Shown: positions 24,386-33,165 of the stretch, one piece after another
How positions within the stretch are numbered: position 1 is the stretch's first letter
Layout of the letters: every line of letters starts with the position of its first letter
Origin: a virus
Length of the DNA: 36,933 bases
Direction: 5' to 3' (one strand)
Virus record (IMG/VR): IMGVR_UViG_3300035138_000142
Span: 1-36,933 of that record
Notes under the pieces: model-generated
What the model was told of the DNA's origin: nothing
Database searches by the model: none
Seen by the model: the letters and a program-made list of their open reading frames with translations, nothing else
Program-made: the position numbers and the translations under genes

Positions 24386-27381
24386 TCCCCACCCTCATAT
24401 GGCACAATATCATCGATCGATTCTTTTATATTTTCCGGAAGATGTTTATAACTGAATACCATGCAGCGCTTTTGCTGGTTTTCACTTCCAATAGTAAAAT
24501 ATTTCCGCTGGTTGCCCATGTACCCGTCCATATCTTTCAAATAATCCTCAATACTGCCCGGCTTTATTTTTAACTCGGATCCCCGTTTACGCAGTTCTCC
24601 CTGGATAATCTTAATAACCGCGTTAAAACGGATGAGTAACTCGTTATTCATCTCATCAAACTCCACTAAACCATTGATCATCTTTTGCATATACAGGTGA
24701 TTCACTTCACTAAAAAAGTGATTGCGCGGGTTTTCCTCTTCTTTATACTGTGTGGATGCGGACACATGCTTGAGCAGGTACTCATCAAAGCCGTCCGGAA
24801 TATCAATATCAAGCGCCTGCAGAGCGGCTGCGGGAATAGCGTGATTACGCGCAGACCTGGGGTCAACTTGTCTTTTTTCAAGAATGTAATCCGTGTAGGT
24901 GTCAATCTGCCGGATCATTTGCCGTGCTTTCTCTTCGGTTTTTTCCAATAAAAGATTGCGCAGGATGCAGGATAAACGGTTTCGGTTATCAACTAAAAAA
25001 TTATATGATTTGGTTTTATGCTTATTTATAGGGGTGAAACGGAATAATACAGACCGTGACAGTACAGCCTCATTGGCAGGATTATCCTCTCCGGAAAGCC
25101 ACAACACACCCTTAACCTGGCGCACGGTGCGCCGTTCTTTTAACCCGCCTTTGCCGGCACCGGTGCGGTTGTAAATATTTTTAATAGTGCCCAGCAATGA
25201 TTTAAACGTTTTATCATTCAAAAATTCATCATACCAGCAGGGCATGGATGATAATTGCTGGATAAACTGGTATGTGCCCGGTTCTGTAGCGCTCGACCAG
25301 CTTTCAGGATGCCCGGGAAAACCAAAGAATGAAAACAGTAATCCCGTGGCCGCTGTCTTGCCTGTATTGGGTGGACCATAACTAAAAAGAAACGGGAAAA
25401 ATCCATATGCTTTATAAATCTCATCGCTATATACAATAGCCGGCATAAATCCCAGTAATAAATAACCGGCAAAACTGGAACGTTTACCCTCCAGCCTCGA
25501 GTCCATCATATAATGAAACGCCTGCCCTACATTCTGGGCAAACTCAGTGGAGTACGGTGTCTCTATGTTAATTTTTGGTTTAGCTCCGGAATACACATTA
25601 ACATCATAAGGCAGATAATGTTTTTTACCGATGCAGATAAAATCATTTTCCTTTGAGCGCAGGTGTATTTCACCATCCTGGATAGCGCAATTATCAAACA
25701 ACCACATATCATTTTCTGTCTGAATCCTGCCATAATGCTGGATATAACGGATCTGTTTGGCAGTCATCTTGCTTTCTTCGTACTGCCAGATCCCGCTGAG
25801 ATCAGCATCCTTGCCTGTAAAATGAAACGCTCCGGAAGCTACACAGCGAGTGCGGAATTTCTTCACATCCACCCGCTCCACAGGAATAAACTGGATACTG
25901 CGTGCAATCTCACCGGCAACGCTCTTAATATCACATCTGTAGGTGATCTCATCATCATAGATCACAATATCCTTGATAGTCAGGCGGAAGTTTGACAGGT
26001 TGGTTGGTCCTTTACCTGCCTTTTTATAATAACACCCGTTCTTTTCATAGTAAGGCAGGCTCTCCAGGTAATCCGTGTTGGCCAGCGCCTCTAGCTGCTC
26101 TTTCTCAAATTGTTTTTGCAGGATATTGGCAATTACTTTACCCTTTTTAAAATGATCACCGATATGTTCCAGGGCAATGGCAAATAATATACTGTCATTG
26201 ATCTTAAGCGCGCGCTCTTTTAATGGTGATAATAAATTTACATTCTTACTGATATCATCCGAGTCCTCAAACCGGCTGATCAGCCATGAGAGCCCGTCCG
26301 AAGCCTTTTGAATTAACTCGTCTGCAATTTCTTTCGGTTTCCCTTTAGTCGTGCGCAGATACTCGTCCAGATCCTTTGCCTTGGCATCCCACCCCAGGTT
26401 GGATATTTGCTGAGCGGCGCCCCATAGCCGGTAAAATATTTCCCTGCGGTATTTATCACCTGCAGGATCCTGATCAAAAGCTAGGTACACAATTTTATTC
26501 TGGCAGTGCTGTACAATTTGTTTGATGGATGCCTCGGAAGGATTACCCGTATAAGCCAGCACGTTTTTGTTACCAGTATAACGCATAAGTTGTATCGCAT
26601 CATGCTGTCCCTCTGTTAAAATTATTTCATTAAAATATAATGCGTCCGGGTTGTAGAAAGAATGCTTGCACAGCCGTTTTTCCGCTTCTAGCCGGTAATC
26701 AATCACTTTATCCGTTTTCTTTTCATGTTTGAACGCGTCCTTTATGGTAAAATCACAGACTTGTTTGCCAGCAAAATGAGGAAATACAAACAGTTTCGGC
26801 ACAAAGTAATCATGTATTTTATTCTTACGCAGTTTAAAAAGCCCGCTCTGCAATAATTGATCATCTGTGAAATCATTCTTTAAATATTCAAGGAGTTCAT
26901 CCCCCTTATCCCCTGTATAACCAAGTTTAAATTCTTTGACTGTTTTTGTCGTGTACTTGCGAGTAGATGACAGTACTTTTAATATATCTTCATTATCCAG
27001 CAGTTTATTGTTATAGAATTCGGCAGCCAGGTTAAATATTTTCTCCCGGGTGGCAATCTCATTACTCTGTTTTTTTACAGGTTTAGAATTCGTCAGTTCA
27101 TGATTGAGAATGCCGGCAACTTTTTTCAATAGTTCATATTTCTCCTGTATCCCCAAGAAATCACTAGCAAAACTAAACAAGTCCCCGCTGGATCCACAGG
27201 AGAAACATTTAAACGTGCGCGTCCCCGGGAAGATCCGGAAACAATCCTTGTGCCGGCAGCCAGGGATGGGGCATTCATCCAACGTGAGCGCGGATCCTGC
27301 TTTCTTAAGTTCCTTATGCGTTACCGTCTGTATAAATGATTCAATGCTGTATTGTGCTTTAATCTCTTTGAAATTGTCCAT
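24382..27381 (-). CDS. Primase-helicase fusion: CHC2 zinc finger, TOPRIM and a C-terminal P-loop NTPase
   Basis: CPIPGCRHKDCF...FKCFSCGSSGD zinc finger. LTEGQHDAIQL and AFDQDPAGDKY are TOPRIM-like. YGPPNTGKT is a Walker A and WYDEF is Walker B-like. Confidence 0.85.
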   Translation of the reverse strand: MDNFKEIKAQYSIESFIQTVTHKELKKAGSALTLDECPIPGCRHKDCFRIFPGTRTFKCFSCGSSGDLFSFASDFLGIQEKYELLKKVAGILNHELTNSKPVKKQSNEIATREKIFNLAAEFYNNKLLDNEDILKVLSSTRKYTTKTVKEFKLGYTGDKGDELLEYLKNDFTDDQLLQSGLFKLRKNKIHDYFVPKLFVFPHFAGKQVCDFTIKDAFKHEKKTDKVIDYRLEAEKRLCKHSFYNPDALYFNEIILTEGQHDAIQLMRYTGNKNVLAYTGNPSEASIKQIVQHCQNKIVYLAFDQDPAGDKYRREIFYRLWGAAQQISNLGWDAKAKDLDEYLRTTKGKPKEIADELIQKASDGLSWLISRFEDSDDISKNVNLLSPLKERALKINDSILFAIALEHIGDHFKKGKVIANILQKQFEKEQLEALANTDYLESLPYYEKNGCYYKKAGKGPTNLSNFRLTIKDIVIYDDEITYRCDIKSVAGEIARSIQFIPVERVDVKKFRTRCVASGAFHFTGKDADLSGIWQYEESKMTAKQIRYIQHYGRIQTENDMWLFDNCAIQDGEIHLRSKENDFICIGKKHYLPYDVNVYSGAKPKINIETPYSTEFAQNVGQAFHYMMDSRLEGKRSSFAGYLLLGFMPAIVYSDEIYKAYGFFPFLFSYGPPNTGKTAATGLLFSFFGFPGHPESWSSATEPGTYQFIQQLSSMPCWYDEFLNDKTFKSLLGTIKNIYNRTGAGKGGLKERRTVRQVKGVLWLSGEDNPANEAVLSRSVLFRFTPINKHKTKSYNFLVDNRNRLSCILRNLLLEKTEEKARQMIRQIDTYTDYILEKRQVDPRSARNHAIPAAALQALDIDIPDGFDEYLLKHVSASTQYKEEENPRNHFFSEVNHLYMQKMINGLVEFDEMNNELLIRFNAVIKIIQGELRKRGSELKIKPGSIEDYLKDMDGYMGNQRKYFTIGSENQQKRCMVFSYKHLPENIKESIDDIVPYEGGE

Positions 27382-27463
27382 AAAGTTCTTAGTTTAAGTA
27401 GAAATGTCATTACATATATGATGTATAAAATTAGAATTGGCGATGGTTTAAGGATAGTCATTC

Positions 27464-27787
27464 CTATATCTCATTTATAATCTGCTGAACACCATCGACA
27501 ATGGCCGCGCTCTCAAATAGCAAAAAAGTTTGACGATTTTTTTCTGCAAGCCGTTTTAATTCCCCGAGTGCCTCGGATTTTGATAGATGTATAATAGTAG
27601 GCGCATGATGTTGCTCTAATTTGACAGAATATCCCTGTGTTTTTTTTGTCTGTGATATCAATACAATCATATAACATTTTTCATTACTAGCATCAAAGGC
27701 AAGTTTGCTCACATCTTCCAAGAGAGCAGGTAGCTTATCCTCTGGAATATCATTAATTTTCTTACATATTTCTTCTTTTATACTCAT
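27464..27787 (-). CDS. Hypothetical protein (107 aa); start trimmed
   Basis: ATG 27787 preceded by TTTGGAGGAT. Confidence 0.6.
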   Translation of the reverse strand: MSIKEEICKKINDIPEDKLPALLEDVSKLAFDASNEKCYMIVLISQTKKTQGYSVKLEQHHAPTIIHLSKSEALGELKRLAEKNRQTFLLFESAAIVDGVQQIINEI

Positions 27788-28009
27788 ATCATCCTCCAAA
27801 TTAAAGAGGGGCTCCCGGGCGTCGGGGCTTAGGTGTACACCCGGGAAAATTACCAACCCTCAAAATATTCATAGGTTGCTAAAGAAGATTCAAGCACGTA
27901 CCCAACACACTTATGCGAAATATTACGGGAATTTTTCAGGCTAATTACATTTTGTAATCTTATTGGGTGCCACCCTATTTTTGTGCTAACCTTCATGCTC
28001 ATCCGTATC

Positions 28010-28042
28010 AAAAAAAATAGACCTTCATTTTATGCAAGGTCT
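28010..28042 (-). terminator. Rho-independent terminator (minus strand)
   Basis: Minus strand reads AGACCTT-gcataaaatg-AAGGTCT followed by T8, 34 nt downstream of the stop at 28076. Confidence 0.7.
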
Positions 28043-28075
28043 GCTATTTCAGACAATGGCTGTCATAGCAACCCT

Positions 28076-28351
28076 TTATATCTTCTGTTTAGCCAAATAA
28101 TCAATATTATCCTCGTTTTGCCGGCATATAAATACGGCACAGTTATTGCAAGTCCATTTATCCCCAAACCTGCTGTGTACTTTCCGGTATGCCAGGCCGT
28201 TACATCGCTTATTATCTATACGATGTCCTATCTCACATACCCGTACCGTATCGGTATTAATTTTTATTCGTTTGGCATTCACGGGAAAATAGTCTCTTTT
28301 ATAAGTTATACCTTTGGTTTCTGCCGCATAATTCGATTGTTGCGCAGCCAT
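28076..28351 (-). CDS. Cys-rich hypothetical protein (91 aa)
   Basis: ATG 28351 overlaps the upstream stop (TAATG). Several Cys/His residues (VCEIGHRIDNKRCNG...WTCNNCAVFIC). Confidence 0.6.
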   Translation of the reverse strand: MAAQQSNYAAETKGITYKRDYFPVNAKRIKINTDTVRVCEIGHRIDNKRCNGLAYRKVHSRFGDKWTCNNCAVFICRQNEDNIDYLAKQKI

Positions 28352-28686
28352 TAGAATACACCCGCTATATGAAGTAATGTCACTGTACAACCGAATATCA
28401 AAGAAAACCCGATAGAATTAAAGATCTCTTTGCTTTTTTTATTCTTTGCCGGCCACCGCAGAAAGCCCACTCCTGTGGTAAATAAAGTCAATAATATTAT
28501 AATCGAGCCTGTATTCTGCCCTCGTTCAGTTATATAAAAAATCCAGGACAACCCGATCATTGATATCCACATAATAACCGTAGCCAGCGGTTTGTTTTGC
28601 CCCTTATCCCGAAATAAATGCGCAAAACAGTTGGCAAATAAAAAACATAAGATTGACATTATTAATAGATTAGGTATATTATCCAT
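28351..28686 (-). CDS. Multi-pass membrane protein (111 aa)
   Basis: Three to four hydrophobic segments. GGGAGAG upstream of ATG 28686. Confidence 0.65.
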   Translation of the reverse strand: MDNIPNLLIMSILCFLFANCFAHLFRDKGQNKPLATVIMWISMIGLSWIFYITERGQNTGSIIILLTLFTTGVGFLRWPAKNKKSKEIFNSIGFSLIFGCTVTLLHIAGVF

Positions 28687-28700
28687 AATATACTCTCCCT

Positions 28701-28853
28701 TTAATTAATATATTTTTTCTGTATTTTTTTTAATTGATCAAGTCTTATGGCGCATTTTCTGTACTTCTGTTTTGTATTGATGGAAACCTTCTCTAAAGTG
28801 ACAAGTTCGCATCTTAGACGTTGTATTTCCCTGCTTATCTCTTGAATACACAT
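28701..28853 (-). CDS. Small coiled-coil protein (50 aa)
   Basis: ATG 28853 lies 6 nt after GGAGG. Below the ORF-track size cutoff. Confidence 0.5.
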   Translation of the reverse strand: MCIQEISREIQRLRCELVTLEKVSINTKQKYRKCAIRLDQLKKIQKKYIN

Positions 28854-28866
28854 GACAAACCTCCGT

Positions 28867-29097
28867 TTAAATTATCTTATATTGACCGTTTTGTTTTAAA
28901 ATGGGATGAAAATTTGTTTTGAACATATGTTTCGCATGTGGAATGTTATTTGCTTCGATAAACACAACACCGTTATGGATGATTGGCTCGATGTACTCAG
29001 GAATTTTGTTTATCGTATTTTCAATTTTTTTACTGGCTTCATCCTTATTTGCCGCTTTCAGGATAAACTTGCCCTCAGCGCTTAATACAATGGTCAT
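28867..29097 (-). CDS. Hypothetical protein (76 aa)
   Basis: ATGA coupling to the upstream DUF5131-like gene. Confidence 0.6.
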   Translation of the reverse strand: MTIVLSAEGKFILKAANKDEASKKIENTINKIPEYIEPIIHNGVVFIEANNIPHAKHMFKTNFHPILKQNGQYKII

Positions 29098-29846
29098 TTA
29101 AGCCCCTCCGGATATTGTCTTATTCGCAGATTTTTCGGAAATTTGCGAAGATCTTTTTCACATTTACCGTTTATGTCCAGTTGTTTCACCCACACCGGCA
29201 CCCGTGCCTCTTTACACTCGTTTACAATATCCCGCACCCATTCAATCTTGCATGGCCGGCGCTTTGGTCCCGATTCACAGCCTACGATAACCCAGTTTAT
29301 TTTTGCTTGTCCATTTCCATATACATAATCATCTACTGCTCTTAATGAGATTGGTCCTAATAATGGCTCAAAACTGGCAAAGCGATTTATAACAGGTACA
29401 CCGAGCAAATCATTGATACGTTGATTAGCCATTTCCTGTTTTTCAGCCGATACACCAAAATAAGTGTTATGTAATGAATCCAATATTTCCAGTGGTGCAG
29501 AACGGATATTTTTAGGTCTTTTAGTCAGAATAAAATATGTATGATTATTTTGACAATATTGCAGTTGTTCAAAAATCCTTTCAAACCATATTTTATTATA
29601 ATCTTCAAAGCAAATATCATCATGAAATAGATCACTCATATTACAGACAAATATATTTTTATGTTGTTTCCATCTATCAATAGGCTCTCTAAGTCTTGCA
29701 CCATAGAATAATACCTGGTCAAAACTATGACTTTTTTCAAATCGGTTATGTATTGACTTAGCCCAGCAATTAATACAACCCTCAGACACCGGTGTGCAGC
29801 CTATAAATGGATTCCATGCCGCATCCCACCACTCACCATTTATCAT
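29094..29846 (-). CDS. Phage Gp37/Gp68 (DUF5131)-family protein
   Basis: The N-terminus W.AAWNPFIGCTPVSEGCINCWA matches the family hallmark (WNP..GC....GC..C). Confidence 0.75.
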   Translation of the reverse strand: MINGEWWDAAWNPFIGCTPVSEGCINCWAKSIHNRFEKSHSFDQVLFYGARLREPIDRWKQHKNIFVCNMSDLFHDDICFEDYNKIWFERIFEQLQYCQNNHTYFILTKRPKNIRSAPLEILDSLHNTYFGVSAEKQEMANQRINDLLGVPVINRFASFEPLLGPISLRAVDDYVYGNGQAKINWVIVGCESGPKRRPCKIEWVRDIVNECKEARVPVWVKQLDINGKCEKDLRKFPKNLRIRQYPEGLK

Positions 29847-29971
29847 GCAACCTCCTGAATACGATGTACTTTTTTGAATTCCTTTTTAACCTGGTTGCCT
29901 ATCTTAACTACCTTATACCAGGTATAAATAGCCAACGCCACGCCAATAATAAATAATATTTCCGCACTCAT
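29843..29971 (-). CDS. Tiny single-TM protein (42 aa)
   Basis: ATGA overlaps at both ends. Sequence begins MSAEILFIIGVALAIYTWYKVV. Confidence 0.45.
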   Translation of the reverse strand: MSAEILFIIGVALAIYTWYKVVKIGNQVKKEFKKVHRIQEVA

Positions 29972-30201
29972 GATGCCATCCTCACCACTTCATTAAATGT
30001 AAAATCGAGACATTCTTTAAGCTGTCGCACACCCATGCCACCCTTATTAAAATCTCTGAGCAGAAAATTAAACTTGTCAATCTGCTCATTTTTCAGTTTG
30101 ATGCCTTTTTGGTTGATCTGCTCCCAGGTATTCAGGAAAGCGCGTTTTGCCTCTTCTGCACCAAAGCGGCTCATATCAATAGTGCCTTGAATAATGTCCA
30201 T
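29968..30201 (-). CDS. Hypothetical protein (77 aa)
   Basis: ORF with ATG 30201, downstream of a palindrome-bearing non-coding region. Confidence 0.6.
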   Translation of the reverse strand: MDIIQGTIDMSRFGAEEAKRAFLNTWEQINQKGIKLKNEQIDKFNFLLRDFNKGGMGVRQLKECLDFTFNEVVRMAS

Positions 30202-30223
30202 AAAGTATACTCCTCTCGTTACA

Positions 30224-30242
30224 ACATACTTTGAAAGTATGT
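30224..30242. promoter_or_regulatory. Perfect 9-1-9 palindrome ACATACTTT-G-AAAGTATGT, a candidate operator
   Basis: Lies 23-41 nt upstream of ATG 30201. Related half-sites occur at 30202-30210, 30284-30292, 30447-30455 and 30480-30488. Confidence 0.5.
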
Positions 30243-30561
30243 TCTTGCTGTTTTAAAATGCTATTCGAGAGAAAATACGTTCGATATACTGTTGTGTATA
30301 AAGAGGTTAACTATAGAGCTTTTAAAGGAAATGTATTATATGTTATGTAACAAAAGTTTCCGCCTCTCAAAGGCGCTATTTTAATGATATCTAACACAAA
30401 TACAACCACTTAAACCTCTTTCGTGAAATTACACTCTCTTTGAACAATATACTTTTAATTGAGACAACAACATACCGAAACATACTTTCATTTAATTATT
30501 AAATCATCAGGCAATTTAAATATTCCAAGTTGCCCTCTTAAAGCATAGTATTTTTCCTGTT

Positions 30562-31200
30562 TCATATTTCGTGTTCCTTCATCCGTGGTATAAACTCACC
30601 CTTCCTTTTACGTTCATCAAGATAAACAGCGTAGTTAAACCCGGATCGTAACTGCTCGAATTGCTGCAAAGGCGTCTGCCACTTCCCTTTTATTTTATGC
30701 CAGATAAGATCCTTATAATAGTCGATGTTTAAACGCATCATTTGACCTTTATCGTCAATAATTTGAACATTATTGCGGAAAGTCTGAGGTTTGTAGCCAG
30801 TAATCTCGCTGAAATACTTATTATCAATCATAATCTCACGACGGTCTAGCTGTGCACGTAACTCATTGAAATTGTAATTAAGGCTTTCGATTTTCGATAG
30901 AATAATGTTAAAGTTATGATTGAAATTTGATGTAATTTCATTTAAACGGCTGTTTAGCATGTGATAAAAAGTTAAATGTTTATCCTTGGCAAGATTAATG
31001 ATCGTATTAAACCGTTCAACCTCATCAATTATCCAGGTGCAAAAGGCAAAATTTTCCTTTATCAATTTTTGTTGTTGAAGATGATTAGACAATTCCCATT
31101 TTTCCGGCAAAAGGATTCCCTGTTCAATAAATCTTTCAATATCGTTTACAGACAGCTCAAACCGTTCCTGCAGTGAAGCAAGGTTATAACGATAGATCAC
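30562..31200 (-). CDS. Hypothetical protein (212 aa), possibly with an N-terminal HTH
   Basis: GTG start overlapping the upstream stop (GTGA). LASLQERFELSVNDIERFIEQGIL is HTH-like by eye. Confidence 0.55.
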   Translation of the reverse strand: MIYRYNLASLQERFELSVNDIERFIEQGILLPEKWELSNHLQQQKLIKENFAFCTWIIDEVERFNTIINLAKDKHLTFYHMLNSRLNEITSNFNHNFNIILSKIESLNYNFNELRAQLDRREIMIDNKYFSEITGYKPQTFRNNVQIIDDKGQMMRLNIDYYKDLIWHKIKGKWQTPLQQFEQLRSGFNYAVYLDERKRKGEFIPRMKEHEI

Positions 31201-31361
31201 AATTTTACCTCGTAAAATTTTGATTTGAGCAGTAATTTTAGCCGTTCTTTCAAAGAAAGATTATCAAGAAATTCAATAATGTTTTTACGGATAAATTTCC
31301 TGTTTTTGCTGTACATCCGTTCACGTAATCTGCGTAATACCTTCTTCTTATAATTTTTCAT
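31197..31361 (-). CDS. Small basic protein (54 aa)
   Basis: ATG 31361 overlaps the stop of the preceding small ORF (ATGA). This start is preferred over the track start at 31403. Confidence 0.45.
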   Translation of the reverse strand: MKNYKKKVLRRLRERMYSKNRKFIRKNIIEFLDNLSLKERLKLLLKSKFYEVKL

Positions 31362-31525
31362 GACATCAATATCCAAAAGATAAGCAGCGCTCCGCTGAAA
31401 CATAAGAATATGAGCGCATTGTCACGAATGGACCTGAAGCGCTCCGCCCTAAGCAGCCACTCCTCATCGTACAGGATCGGCTTACGCTGCCTGTTTTTAT
31501 AATCCTTAATGATTTTATTTATCAC
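31358..31525 (-). CDS. Small protein with a C-terminal TM segment (55 aa)
   Basis: GTG 31525 lies 7 nt after GGAGG. C-terminus reads ALIFLCFSGALLIFWIL. Below the track cutoff. Confidence 0.4.
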   Translation of the reverse strand: MINKIIKDYKNRQRKPILYDEEWLLRAERFRSIRDNALIFLCFSGALLIFWILMS

Positions 31526-31922
31526 AGGAGTACCTCCATTCCTTTAATAAAGTTTCAAATTCCCGCCGCATCCTGGCAGCGGTTGATTCGCGGTATATAT
31601 GCTCGCGGCGCAGCTGCCGGGCATAGCCAAAGAGTTCGGACATTGCCGCCCAGTTATCATCAATTTGACCATCAGTTTTTAACGGTTTGCGATTATACAA
31701 ATGTGTAAAAAGAAGTTCGATTATTTCAGCCAGGTAAGGAGAAACAATCGCTCTGAAAAGCGGGTAATCCATATTTTTTTTAGGGCTCAGAAAATTATAA
31801 ACAGAGTCAACCGTAACCTCCTGGGCAATAGCCTCAGCCTTCGGGTTGTCTATAATACGGTTAAGATCAAGTTTGGCCTGGTCGGCAACCAGCTGAATTC
31901 TAGGACTGCGGTGATTAGACAT
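31515..31922 (-). CDS. Hypothetical early protein (135 aa)
   Basis: ORF in the early operon. Confidence 0.6.
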   Translation of the reverse strand: MSNHRSPRIQLVADQAKLDLNRIIDNPKAEAIAQEVTVDSVYNFLSPKKNMDYPLFRAIVSPYLAEIIELLFTHLYNRKPLKTDGQIDDNWAAMSELFGYARQLRREHIYRESTAARMRREFETLLKEWRYSCDK

Positions 31923-31925
31923 ACA

Positions 31926-32117
31926 TTATCCCTTATTTAAAATAAAACGATTGTTTTTATTATAAACAAACTTGCGGCATGGTTTGCACGATAAAAGAAT
32001 GTTACCGTCCTGCAGCCGGCAACGCGGATAAGGATCGCAAAAGAAGTAAGCGCAGAGTTTACAACTCTTCTTTTTAGATACCAGTGAAGCCGGGAATAAT
32101 TCCTCCTGGACTACCAT
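31926..32117 (-). CDS. Small Cys-rich protein (63 aa)
   Basis: CKLC...C....C....CKPC pattern. The ATG overlaps the upstream stop. Confidence 0.55.
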   Translation of the reverse strand: MVVQEELFPASLVSKKKSCKLCAYFFCDPYPRCRLQDGNILLSCKPCRKFVYNKNNRFILNKG

Positions 32118-32281
32118 ACCATTCTCCCGCAGGAGCGGTTAACGCAGACATACCCATATTCCCTGCAGTCAAAGAAAATGACGTCGTATTGCACCATAAC
32201 GCCCCGGCAGTCAGGGCAGTGTTCTACAATTAAAGTGGGCTTATTGTAGTGATTTTGTGAATGATTGTTATTATATTTCAT
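32111..32281 (-). CDS. Small zinc-ribbon-like protein (56 aa)
   Basis: ATG 32281. Sequence HCPDCRG...DCREYGYVCVNRSCG. Its stop overlaps the next ATG. Below the track cutoff. Confidence 0.45.
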   Translation of the reverse strand: MKYNNNHSQNHYNKPTLIVEHCPDCRGVMVQYDVIFFDCREYGYVCVNRSCGRMVW

Positions 32282-32305
32282 ATACAATGCCTTTTCTCAG
32301 GGCAT

Positions 32306-32346
32306 GGGCGGGGGCTGTTTCCCTGCAAAAGTCGCAGCCTCCGCCC
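32306..32346. other. Strong GC-rich hairpin (12-bp stem with one G-T pair) between the cro-like gene and the early genes
   Basis: GGGCGGGGGCTG-N17-CAGCCTCCGCCC. A T-rich run follows on the plus strand only. Confidence 0.7.
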
Positions 32347-32434
32347 TTATTATTCGTATTAATTATTTTAAAAAAAATGGCATAATATTTGATATTTGCT
32401 TACACGGCGTAAGTATGTTAAATTACCAGTCATG

Positions 32435-32650
32435 TTAATTAAGAATTATACTATTAAAAAACTTACGTAATTCAGGAATTTCTCTTTTAGTATACTGTAG
32501 AATTGCAAACTCAACACGGGGAGCCTTTAATTTACCGTTAGCCACCTGAGAGACACACTGCCCGGTAACATTAAGCAGTTTCCCGAATTGTTTATAATCA
32601 AGATCGTTAAACAGGAGTGCAAGTTTGAAAAGTTTTATATTGATATTCAT
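32435..32650 (-). CDS. Cro-like HTH regulator (71 aa)
   Basis: HTH segment YKQFGKLLNVTGQCVSQVANGK. Divergent from the cI-like gene. Confidence 0.7.
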   Translation of the reverse strand: MNINIKLFKLALLFNDLDYKQFGKLLNVTGQCVSQVANGKLKAPRVEFAILQYTKREIPELRKFFNSIILN

Positions 32651-32778
32651 TTTTATTTCCAGTTACTTTAGTTAATTACTTGGAGTAATATAATCCGAAA
32701 CGGTTAATAAGTCAAGTATTTTATAATCATAAACGGTTAATTTACTATATAATATTATTATAATGTATTGAAAATATT
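32651..32778. promoter_or_regulatory. Divergent promoter/operator region of the lysogeny switch
   Basis: 128-bp AT-rich spacer between the divergent HTH genes. The 11-bp direct repeat AAACGGTTAAT occurs at 32698-32708 and 32731-32741, 33 bp apart. TATAAT-like hexamers at 32748-32753 and 32759-32764. Confidence 0.6.
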
Positions 32779-33165
32779 ATGGATATAAGGCTAAAAAAAA
32801 TATTAAAAATAATAGGAATATCTCAAAAAAAATTTGCTCAAGACATCGGAATTCATCTTAATACTATCTCTAGGTATATTAGAGGTCTACAAGTACCGGA
32901 TTCTCATGTTTTAACAAAAATAGTACAGGTTTATAAAATAAATATTAATTGGCTTCTTACCGGCGAAGGTGATATGTTTATCCGGGAGGTATCACTCGAT
33001 GAAATAAAAAACATCGTCAACCTTTATGAAATAGCCGACGAGCGCGACCGTAAAATTGTCAATACCGTACTTGAAAAATATAAAAAAGAACCCGATATTA
33101 AATTATCAAAAGTAGCAGAGGAGAAATCAGACTATGAAACGAATAATAAAAATAATACTGATTAG
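32779..33165 (+). CDS. XRE/cI-like repressor (128 aa)
   Basis: N-terminal HTH: ISQKKFAQDIGIHLNTISRYIRG...NWLLTGEG. Confidence 0.8.
   Translation: MDIRLKKILKIIGISQKKFAQDIGIHLNTISRYIRGLQVPDSHVLTKIVQVYKININWLLTGEGDMFIREVSLDEIKNIVNLYEIADERDRKIVNTVLEKYKKEPDIKLSKVAEEKSDYETNNKNNTD

Noticed and set aside
26901-26917. C5-TTAT-C4-TGTA inside the primase-helicase gene as an extra A-type copy
   Set aside because: It is in the opposite orientation and lacks the partner G-runs and the TGTT tail, so it is most likely a chance match encoding GDKGD.
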